64,000 nt of DNA from an uncultured Clostridia bacterium (lineage in GTDB: Bacteria; Bacillota; Clostridia; Christensenellales; CAG-314): assembly GCA_947586855.1 (NCBI GenBank), contig CANPXV010000001.1:81350-145349 (forward strand), in the 5' to 3' direction. Shown in pieces: positions 1-6,182 of the stretch (positions are counted from its first letter, which is position 1; the number at the start of each line of letters is the position of its first letter). The position numbers and the translations under genes were made by a program. The notes below the pieces were generated by a model. That model had not been told where the DNA came from, did not search any database, and worked only from the letters and a program-made list of their open reading frames with translations.

Positions 1-165
1 TTAGCTTGCCTCCTGTTTTTATTTTATGATTTTGTGTTGCCCACTACGCATCGGCGAGCGTTTGCGCCGAAACCGGGGACTTGGGGTAGTTGTATAAGGC
101 CGCCCGTGACGAATTTTTCCCCAAAAACACGTCCTCGGTTTCGGCCATTACACCGTCCACTCCCT

Positions 166-193
166 ATTTTAGATATTTTGTGCATTTTGTCAA
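166..193 (-). promoter_or_regulatory. candidate sigma70-type promoter firing leftwards toward a gene that starts outside the window
   Basis: Minus strand reads TTGACA (188-193), a 16-nt spacer, then TAAAAT (166-171). A GGAGG complement sits at 9-13, with no room for a start codon inside the window. Confidence 0.3.
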
Positions 194-372
194 CGATTTT
201 AAGTCGTTTTTAAGAATTTTAATAATGAACATTTGGGAAATTTTTATGCGATTGATTTTTTTGCAAAATGGACAAAATGGGGCATTTTGAAATATGAGTG
301 ATATCCTTTCAATATAAAAATATTACTTTTTGCACATTTTTATAACATATAACACGCATTATTCTGATGGCG

Positions 373-383
373 CCCCCCCCCCC
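373..383. repeat. homopolymer tract C11 (G11 on minus strand)
   Basis: Direct read: 11 consecutive c inside an A/T-rich stretch about 160 bp upstream of the integrase ATG. Confidence 0.95.
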
Positions 384-541
384 GATCGACATCGAATTTG
401 CGCAAAACCTTTAACTAATCTGAAAACAAATATAACGGGCTGCCCGCATCACTGCCTCACTTTTCCTCTTTCCTTAAAATTATCTCCATATGCACGCAAC
501 ATGGGGGAGTATAATGATAGATACATTTTTGGAGGTGCATC

Positions 542-1456
542 ATGTTGTATAAGGAATGGCTGAACGAGTGGTTGGAGGTGTACGTGAGGGCCTCCGCCAA
601 GGAAAGGACTTACAAAAAGTACCGTCAGCAGGTGCGCAAATACATTGTGCCGTCGCTGGGAGAATACGACACGGACGGTTTGTCGGCAGGGGTGCTGCAA
701 CGATTTTCGCTGTCGCTTGCGGGGTTGGGGCTATCCGCCAACACGGCAAACGGCATTTTGACGCTGCTGAAATCGTCCCTGACCAAGGCGGTGGCGTTGG
801 GTCTGGCGCAAGGCCACTTTTGCGAGGCCATCGTGCGCCCAAAAACACGGGCGGGCAAGGTGGGGTGTTTTAGCAAGGCAGAGCAGCTGCTCATAGAAAA
901 ATACGTTTTTGAGCACAACACGCCCTATCTGTTTGGAATTTTGCTTGGCCTGTACTGCGGATTGCGCATAGGCGAGCTGCTGGCGCTGACTTGGGAGGAT
1001 GTGGACTTTGAACGGGGCACGCTGAACATCACCAAAACTTGCAGAGACAGTTGGCAGGGTGGAAGTTACGTCAAGCTGCTGGATACCACCAAAACGCCCA
1101 GCTCGGAGCGATTGGTGCCGCTGCCAAGCGGGATAATGGCCCATCTGCGCACACTGAAACAGGCCGCCAAGTGCCCTTTTGTGGTGACGGGGCGCACGCC
1201 CTACGGCGCCGAGGTGAGATCCTACCAACGCACTTTTGCCGCCGTGCTGAAAAATCTCGGTCTGCCGCACAGAGGGTTTCACTCGCTGCGTCACACCTTT
1301 GCCACCCGTGCCTTGGAGGTGGGCATGGACATCAAAACGCTGGCGGAAATATTGGGGCACAAAAACGCCACCGTCACGCTGCAACGGTACGCCCACTCCC
1401 TGCTGGAACACAAGCAGGAAATGATGAACCGAGTGGGACAACTGCTGCAATATTAG
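542..1456 (+). CDS. tyrosine-type site-specific recombinase / phage-type integrase (304 aa)
   Basis: GGAGG at 531-535, 6 nt before the ATG. The C-terminal catalytic region reads HSLRHTFATRALEVG...LGHKNATVTLQRYAH (R..HxxR..Y pattern). The N-terminus is SAM-like (EWLNEWLEVY..). Confidence 0.85.
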   Translation: MLYKEWLNEWLEVYVRASAKERTYKKYRQQVRKYIVPSLGEYDTDGLSAGVLQRFSLSLAGLGLSANTANGILTLLKSSLTKAVALGLAQGHFCEAIVRPKTRAGKVGCFSKAEQLLIEKYVFEHNTPYLFGILLGLYCGLRIGELLALTWEDVDFERGTLNITKTCRDSWQGGSYVKLLDTTKTPSSERLVPLPSGIMAHLRTLKQAAKCPFVVTGRTPYGAEVRSYQRTFAAVLKNLGLPHRGFHSLRHTFATRALEVGMDIKTLAEILGHKNATVTLQRYAHSLLEHKQEMMNRVGQLLQY

Positions 1457-1509
1457 AGCCTGGGCAAGGGCGTGCATCACCAAGGTTGATGCGGACATGC
1501 GCAGACAAT

Positions 1510-1546
1510 AAAAAAAGACCCTGCCAAAAGGCAAGGCCTTGTTGTT
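1510..1546. terminator. bidirectional rho-independent terminator between the integrase and rpsR
   Basis: Stem ccctgcc/ggcaagg with an aaaa loop, flanked by an A7 run on one side and a T-rich run on the other. Confidence 0.6.
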
Positions 1547-1555
1547 TGGTTGATG

Positions 1556-1801
1556 TCAGTCCGCTACGTACGGAATCAAAGCCATCTGACGTGCACGCTT
1601 GATTGCCACTGCAAGCTCTCTTTGGTGATGAGCGCAGACGCCGGTCATACGGCGGGGCAAGATCTTGCCGCTTTCGGCCATGTATTTGCGCAGTTTGGCA
1701 ACGTCCTTGTAGTCGATGTGATCCAACTTTTCTACGCAAAAATTGCAAACCTTGCGGCGAGCGGGACTTCTCATAGGTCTTTTTACTTCTTTGTTTTCCA
1801 T
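1556..1801 (-). CDS. rpsR: 30S ribosomal protein S18
   Basis: 81 aa reading KVCNFC...[56 protein letters not shown] lies upstream. Confidence 0.95.
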   Translation of the reverse strand: MENKEVKRPMRSPARRKVCNFCVEKLDHIDYKDVAKLRKYMAESGKILPRRMTGVCAHHQRELAVAIKRARQMALIPYVAD

Positions 1802-1815
1802 TTTCTATTCTCCTT

Positions 1816-2223
1816 TCAGAAAGGCATATCGTCGTCATCAACAACTTTGAGGCTGTCGATGCTGGAATCCTTTGCGGCGGGGGCGCTTTGGCCCTGTTGC
1901 GGGGCGCTGCCTGCACGGGACAGGAACTCTACCTGCTCGGCACGGATATCAAACGTCTGACGACGCACGCCGTCACGCTCGTAGCTGCCCGTTTGGATGC
2001 TGCCTGTTACCGCTACCTGGCTGCCCTTTACAAGATACTTGACGCAGTTGGTGGCCAATGCGTCCCAAGTGATGATGTTGATGAAATCGGCACGGTTGTC
2101 CGCATCGCGCGAATAGCTGCGATTGACGGCAATGCTGAAACGGCAGTAGGTGTGGCCGCCCTCGGTGGGTGTGGATGCCTGTGGGTCTTGTGTTAGTCTA
2201 CCAATCAAAAATACTTTGTTCAT
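1816..2223 (-). CDS. ssb: single-stranded DNA-binding protein
   Basis: Start chosen at MNKVFLIGRLTQDP, with GGGGAG 6 nt upstream. OB-fold-like core, Gly/Gln/Ala-rich linker and acidic tail DDDDMPF. Confidence 0.93.
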   Translation of the reverse strand: MNKVFLIGRLTQDPQASTPTEGGHTYCRFSIAVNRSYSRDADNRADFINIITWDALATNCVKYLVKGSQVAVTGSIQTGSYERDGVRRQTFDIRAEQVEFLSRAGSAPQQGQSAPAAKDSSIDSLKVVDDDDMPF

Positions 2224-2242
2224 CTGTGTCTCCCCAATTGTT

Positions 2243-2527
2243 TTACTTTCTGACAATCAGAAAACGAATGACGGAATCTTGATTGATGCGCATCACACGT
2301 TCCAATTCCAGCGGCAGGCTTGCGGGCGCGGTAAAGTTGACAAGCACATAGTAACCTTCGGTTTTGTAGTTGATGGGATAGGCCAAACGCCTTGTGCCCC
2401 ATTTGTCTACGCTGTCAACAGTGCCGCCGTTGCCCGTGACAACTGCATTGAGCTTTTCCACAACGGCGTCCTTGGCCTCATCGGCAAGTTCGTTGTTGAG
2501 GATGTACAACAACTCGTAACTGTTCAT
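2243..2527 (-). CDS. rpsF: 30S ribosomal protein S6
   Basis: Start at MNSYELLYIL, with AAGGAGG upstream. Canonical rpsF-ssb-rpsR gene order. Confidence 0.93.
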   Translation of the reverse strand: MNSYELLYILNNELADEAKDAVVEKLNAVVTGNGGTVDSVDKWGTRRLAYPINYKTEGYYVLVNFTAPASLPLELERVMRINQDSVIRFLIVRK

Positions 2528-2607
2528 GCTGAAAAATACCTCCTTGTGGTCTGTTTGGCTGCGGTTCCTCCCCGCAGCAAGGGTTGCTCCATATTTGGGC
2601 AAAATAC

Positions 2608-2636
2608 ATTATATACGAATTATCCCGAAATTGCAA
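2608..2636 (-). promoter_or_regulatory. candidate promoter of the rpsF-ssb-rpsR operon
   Basis: Minus strand reads TTGCAA, a 17-nt spacer, then TATAAT. Confidence 0.5.
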
Positions 2637-2750
2637 GCGATTTTGAGACAAAAACGGTTTGGCAGCAAATGTTGGGATGTGACAGCGAAAATTGTGACGA
2701 AGCTCGACCCAAGCAGTACAATATATCAAATAAAAATCTTCCCAACCCGC

Positions 2751-2776
2751 CCCACCGGCGAGGTGCGGCGAGGTGC
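2751..2776. repeat. short hairpin-repeat motif CACCGGCGAGGTG plus a half copy
   Basis: Reads ccccaccggcgaggtgcggcgaggtgc. It belongs to the same family as the three tandem copies at 12071-12131, in the opposite orientation. Confidence 0.7.
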
Positions 2777-2782
2777 AAGGCG

Positions 2783-3442
2783 CTACCAAATTATCCGGCG
2801 ACCCTGCTGCTGCAAAAAGGCGTTGGCCTTCGTGAAATGTCTGCACCCGAAAAACCCATTGTAGGCGGACAGCGGACTTGGGTGCGCCGCCGTCAGCACC
2901 AGATGCTGCGGTGCGGTGACAAGCGCCTTTTTTGCATAGGCGTTGCGCCCCCACAGCAAAAATACCATGCCTCGGCTGCGGTTGTTGAGGTGCGCTATCA
3001 CGGCGTCGGTAAATATCTCCCAGCCCTTGTCCTTGTGAGAGTTGGGCTTGCCCTGCTCCACCGTCAGCACGGTGTTCATCAGCAGCACGCCCTGCTTGGC
3101 CCACGGGGTGAGGTCGCCGCCTGCGATTTGCGAGGGACGGCCCGTATCGGACTGTATCTCCGCAAAGATGTTGACCAGACTTTTGGGCACCTGTACCCCC
3201 TGCGGTACGGAAAAACACATGCCCATGGCCTGCCCAGGATTGTAGTAGGGGTCCTGCCCCAGAATGACCACGTTGACGTCGTCATAGGCGGTGTTGTCGA
3301 ATGCATTGAGTATCAGAGGTTTGGGCGGGTAGATACGCTTGGCGGCATATTCATGCACCAAAAAGCTCTTCAACTGTACAAAATAGGGCTTTGAAAACTC
3401 TTTCTTGAACATTTCGTCCCAACCGTTGTAGGAGCGTGTCAT
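2783..3442 (-). CDS. ung: uracil-DNA glycosylase (family 1)
   Basis: Start at MTRSYNGW (position 3442). Motifs GQDPYYNPGQAMG and HPSPLSAYNGFFG. The longer 343-aa ORF is treated as a spurious 5' extension. Confidence 0.93.
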   Translation of the reverse strand: MTRSYNGWDEMFKKEFSKPYFVQLKSFLVHEYAAKRIYPPKPLILNAFDNTAYDDVNVVILGQDPYYNPGQAMGMCFSVPQGVQVPKSLVNIFAEIQSDTGRPSQIAGGDLTPWAKQGVLLMNTVLTVEQGKPNSHKDKGWEIFTDAVIAHLNNRSRGMVFLLWGRNAYAKKALVTAPQHLVLTAAHPSPLSAYNGFFGCRHFTKANAFLQQQGRRIIW

Positions 3443-3840
3443 TGGTTTGCCTCCTTTGCGACGGGTTTTATGTGCAGGTCCCTTTCCGCACGGATCACGT
3501 CGCCATCGTGCAATGTGAGCACTTCGTTGTCGTTGTAATCTGCCACCACACCATTGTATTGCAGTGCAATTGCGCCCTCGGCCGAATGTATGACGTAGCT
3601 GCCTGCAGCAAGCGGTTTGCCCTCGCCCACGGCATAGGGGTGCAGCGCTGTCAACACAAAAAACTCGCCGTCGATGGCAATGGGCGCCGGTTGAGACGAG
3701 GCCTGCAAGCGCACAAATTTCTCCCGCTTCATATCCCTGTACATAACGACAAAGCGCACCGCCAGCCCGATTGTGGCCGCAGCGGCAATGGCCACTATCA
3801 CCCAGGGAAACCAATCCGAAAAACTTGTTGCAAACAGCAT
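3439..3840 (-). CDS. hypothetical single-pass membrane protein
   Basis: Start at MLFATSF, with GAGGTGG 5 nt upstream. N-terminal hydrophobic helix WFPWVIVAIAAAATIGLAV. Its stop overlaps the ung start (ATGA). Confidence 0.55.
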   Translation of the reverse strand: MLFATSFSDWFPWVIVAIAAAATIGLAVRFVVMYRDMKREKFVRLQASSQPAPIAIDGEFFVLTALHPYAVGEGKPLAAGSYVIHSAEGAIALQYNGVVADYNDNEVLTLHDGDVIRAERDLHIKPVAKEANQ

Positions 3841-3995
3841 GTGTGCCACCTCACCAAGATTTATCGACAAAATTATACACCACTTTGCTACCGTTGTCTA
3901 TCCCCCGACGGCACACCAAAGAGGCAAAACTTCGTTCTATCCGTTTGGCGCAGGCGCATTTGCCATTTTGATGGCATTGTTTTGCAAAATGCGTA

Positions 3996-4024
3996 TTGAC
4001 TTTGCCTGCGGCGTTTGCTAAAAT
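3996..4024 (+). promoter_or_regulatory. candidate promoter
   Basis: TTGACT, a 17-nt spacer, then TAAAAT, 36 nt before the ATG at 4060. Confidence 0.45.
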
Positions 4025-4059
4025 ATATACAGATAAATTTGTCTACACGGGAGGTTGTT

Positions 4060-4536
4060 ATGGATAGCCAACAGATCTACAAGAGAGCCCTTGCTGTGAT
4101 GGAGGAAAACTTTGGCCACGTGGTGGAAATGAGCGTCGGCTCGTCCGCAAACGGCACCGTGAGCGTGCGGGACGTAAACGCCGTCTATCGGGAGGGCAAA
4201 TTTTATGTGCTGAGCAGGCTGGGCAACTCGCTGATGAACCACATCGCCGTAAGCCCCGCCGTTGGGCTTTGCCACGGCTCTCACAATATGCACGGCAATG
4301 CACGCTCGCTGGGACATCCGCTGGACCCGCAAAATGCCGAGCTGCGCAAGATGCTGAAAAGGGAGTTTTCGCTCAACTACGACGAGTACGTGACCGAGCG
4401 CAACCCCGAAATGCGCATCGTGGAAATAACGCTGACCTCGGCCGAAACTTACACACGCTACCACCGCTACAAAATCGACTATGTGGCGCAAACGGCCGTG
4501 CGAGACCACACCGAGCCGCTGTTCCTCTATCGCTGA
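4060..4536 (+). CDS. small cytoplasmic protein, possibly of the pyridoxamine-5'-phosphate-oxidase-like FMN-binding split-barrel family
   Basis: GGGAGG 6 nt upstream of the ATG. 158 aa. The family call rests only on overall resemblance judged by eye. Confidence 0.5.
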   Translation: MDSQQIYKRALAVMEENFGHVVEMSVGSSANGTVSVRDVNAVYREGKFYVLSRLGNSLMNHIAVSPAVGLCHGSHNMHGNARSLGHPLDPQNAELRKMLKREFSLNYDEYVTERNPEMRIVEITLTSAETYTRYHRYKIDYVAQTAVRDHTEPLFLYR

Positions 4537-4566
4537 CCCCGACCCGACCATTGACCAACATCGAAT

Positions 4567-4599
4567 AAAAAACGGATTGAGCACTCAATCCGTTTTTTT
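4567..4599. terminator. bidirectional rho-independent terminator
   Basis: aaaaaACGGATTGAGcaCTCAATCCGTttttttt. Confidence 0.8.
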
Positions 4600-4715
4600 G
4601 GTGCACCATAAGGAGCTCGCAGTGGCTCTGCCACCAATGGAAGCGTAAGCGACCGCCATATCTAACCTTTGGATACAATTGTAAACGGGACTGAATTTTC
4701 TTCAGTCCCGCTGTT
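4599..4715 (-). other. tRNA-Arg-derived fragment block (copy A2): hairpin plus partial variable-loop/T-arm/acceptor look-alike ending TGGTGCACCA
   Basis: Minus strand reads AACAGC-GGGACTGAAgaaaaTTCAGTCCC-..CCAAAGGTTAG..GAGCTCCTTATGGTGCACCA. It shares CCAAAGGTTAG and GAGCTCCTTATGG with the tRNA-Arg genes but lacks a D arm and an anticodon arm. Confidence 0.5.
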
Positions 4716-4863
4716 TGGCGCGCCTTAAGGAGCTCGTGGACGGAGCGTAGCGCAGTCCCCAGGGATTGCTACGCACAGCGTCAATCCCGTCATATATTTC
4801 AGTCCCTCCTTGGGGTGCGCTTTTGCGAAAAGGCGACTTGGAATTTATCCAAGTCGCCTTCGC
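4716..4863 (-). other. 148-nt segment lying between the current 3' end of tRNA-Arg-1 and a displaced alternative 3' end (20-nt direct repeats at 4716-4735 and 4864-4883)
   Basis: GAGCTCCTTAAGGCGCGCCA (4716-4735) versus GAGCTCCTTATGGCGCGCCA (4864-4883). The displaced copy pairs 7/7 with the tRNA 5' acceptor GCGCCTT. The segment also contains a hairpin/T-run and structured helices. Confidence 0.45.
4830..4860 (-). terminator. terminator-like hairpin immediately 3' of tRNA-Arg-1
   Basis: Minus strand reads AAGGCGACTTGGA-taaat-TCCAAGTCGCCTT followed by TTCGC. Confidence 0.5.
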
Positions 4864-4940
4864 TGGCGCGCCATAAGGAGCTCGAATCCCTAACCTTTGG
4901 TTCCGTAGACCAACGCTCTATCCAATTGAGCTAAAGGCGC
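4864..4940 (-). tRNA. tRNA-Arg (anticodon ACG), copy 1, with one acceptor-stem mismatch
   Basis: Hand-folded cloverleaf: GCGCCTT-TA-GCTC-AATTGGATA-GAGC-G-TTGGT-CTACGGA-ACCAA-AGGTT-AGGGA-TTCGAGC-TCCTT-ATGGCGC-G-CCA. Acceptor position 6 is a T:T mismatch. Confidence 0.85.
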
Positions 4941-4976
4941 ATATATTAAGTTGTTTTTGCAAAGGTTGCTGCCTAT

Positions 4977-5090
4977 TGCACCCACAAGGAGCTCGCAGTG
5001 GCTCTGCCACCAAGGGAAGCGAAGCGACCGCCATATCTAACCTTTGGATACAATTGTAAACGGGACTGAATTTTCTTCAGTCCCGCTGTT
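4977..5090 (-). other. tRNA-Arg-derived fragment block (copy A1), paralogue of 4599-4715
   Basis: Same hairpin and same internal sequence as 4599-4715, apart from a 1-nt indel and a few substitutions. It ends in a degenerate GAGCTCCTTGTGGGTGCA. Confidence 0.5.
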
Positions 5091-5167
5091 TGGCGCGCCA
5101 TAAGGAGCTCGAATCCCTAACCTTTGGTTCCGTAGACCAACGCTCTATCCAATTGAGCTAATGGCGC
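5091..5167 (-). tRNA. tRNA-Arg (anticodon ACG), copy 2, with a perfect acceptor stem and encoded CCA
   Basis: Identical to copy 1 except for the 5' acceptor GCGCCAT, which pairs 7/7 with ATGGCGC. 77 nt. Confidence 0.92.
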
Positions 5168-5186
5168 AAAATCAATTTGCTAACAT

Positions 5187-5215
5187 ATTATACAGCTCGG
5201 CGGCAAAAATGTCAA
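5187..5215 (-). promoter_or_regulatory. consensus sigma70-type promoter for the tRNA-Arg cluster
   Basis: Minus strand reads TTGACA, a 17-nt spacer, then TATAAT, about 20 nt upstream of the tRNA 5' end. Confidence 0.6.
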
Positions 5216-5270
5216 CGATTTTGGGGCGGTTTGTAAAATGTCGGGCGAGGCCCCGTGCCAAACGTCTGTG

Positions 5271-6173
5271 CTATGCCCTATCCACAAACTGCGCCGCCAA
5301 AAAGCCCGCCACGGCACCGTCCCCCACGGCGGTGGCACACTGACGCACACTTTTGGTGCGGCAATCGCCTGCGGCAAAAATACCCTTGCGGCCGGTGAGG
5401 CAGTTTTCGCCCGCCACGATGTAGCCCTGCTCGTCCAATTCCACCAGGCTTGCAAAGGCCTCGTTGTGGGGTTGCTGCCCAATCGCCACAAACACGGCGT
5501 CGCAATCGATGTAGGTTATGGCGCCGTCGTCAGACTTGCAAACCACGCCCTTGACGCACTCGTCGCCCACAATCTCCGTGACGGCCACGCCCTGCGTCCA
5601 GACAACGCCCTGCGTCGCAAGCAGCCGCTGTTGCAGCTCCATATCGCAAAACAACCTGTCAAACAGGGTGACGAGGGTCACTTGCGAGCAAATTTCCGCC
5701 AGATACAGCGCATATTGCACGGCACTGTTGCCGTCGCCCACCACGCAGACGTGCTTGTCCTTGTAGAACGCACCGTCGCACACGGCGCAATAGCACACAC
5801 CCTTGCCCAAAAGGCGCTGCTCGCCCTCCACGCCCAGCTGTTTGTGCGTGACGCCCGTGGCCAGCACCACCGCACGGCACGGATAGGAGGCGTACTCCGT
5901 TGTGACCACAAAGCCGTTTTCGGCAGGCGCAACCGTGGCTGTGCCCATGTCAAAATCCACCCCGTGAGAGGTGGCCTGCTCAAACATTTTGTCGGCCAGC
6001 TGTGCGCCGCTCGTCTCCATGACGGAGGGGAAATTTTCCACCCTGGGGGCGATGGCTATCTGTCCGCCGAAAGCGTTGCTTTCCAGCAGCATAACCTTTT
6101 TGCCGGCACGGGCCGCATATAGCGAGGCGGTCAAACCCGCAGGTCCGCCGCCGATAACCACAATATCGTACAT
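5271..6173 (-). CDS. trxB: thioredoxin-disulfide reductase-like flavoprotein
   Basis: 300 aa with GGGPAG (FAD), a redox-active CAVC, and GDGNSAVQ (NADPH). It starts 9 nt after the nrdD stop. Confidence 0.88.
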   Translation of the reverse strand: MYDIVVIGGGPAGLTASLYAARAGKKVMLLESNAFGGQIAIAPRVENFPSVMETSGAQLADKMFEQATSHGVDFDMGTATVAPAENGFVVTTEYASYPCRAVVLATGVTHKQLGVEGEQRLLGKGVCYCAVCDGAFYKDKHVCVVGDGNSAVQYALYLAEICSQVTLVTLFDRLFCDMELQQRLLATQGVVWTQGVAVTEIVGDECVKGVVCKSDDGAITYIDCDAVFVAIGQQPHNEAFASLVELDEQGYIVAGENCLTGRKGIFAAGDCRTKSVRQCATAVGDGAVAGFLAAQFVDRA

Positions 6174-6182
6174 TTTTTGCCG

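Noticed and set aside
2783-3814. Long 5' extensions of ung (343 aa), tilS (9922-11760, 612 aa) and metI (17970-19535, 521 aa).
   Set aside because: The extensions are Arg/Gly/Cys-rich nonsense that overlaps the upstream genes. Internal ATGs give full-length family-typical proteins with ATGA-type coupling to the upstream stop.
4585-4659. A 24-codon ORF (MAVAYASIGGRATASSLWCTKKTD) in fragment block A2.
   Set aside because: The paralogous block at 4977-5090 has a 1-nt indel that shifts the frame. The conservation is therefore at the nucleotide/RNA level, not the protein level.
4725-4793. A 22-codon ORF (MTGLTLCVAIPGDCATLRPRAP) with an ideal AAGGAGG SD inside the tRNA-Arg-1 insertion.
   Set aside because: The apparent SD is homologous to the tRNA variable-loop/T-stem sequence (AAGG..AGGGA). 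The region is dominated by RNA helices. There is no support for coding without conservation data, so it is mentioned only within the tRNA finding.
542-5167. The idea that the integrase (542) and the tRNA-Arg genes (about 4.9-5.2 kb) delimit one genomic island.
   Set aside because: The interval contains the canonical rpsF-ssb-rpsR operon and ung, which are core housekeeping genes. If an island exists, it more likely lies to the left of the window.
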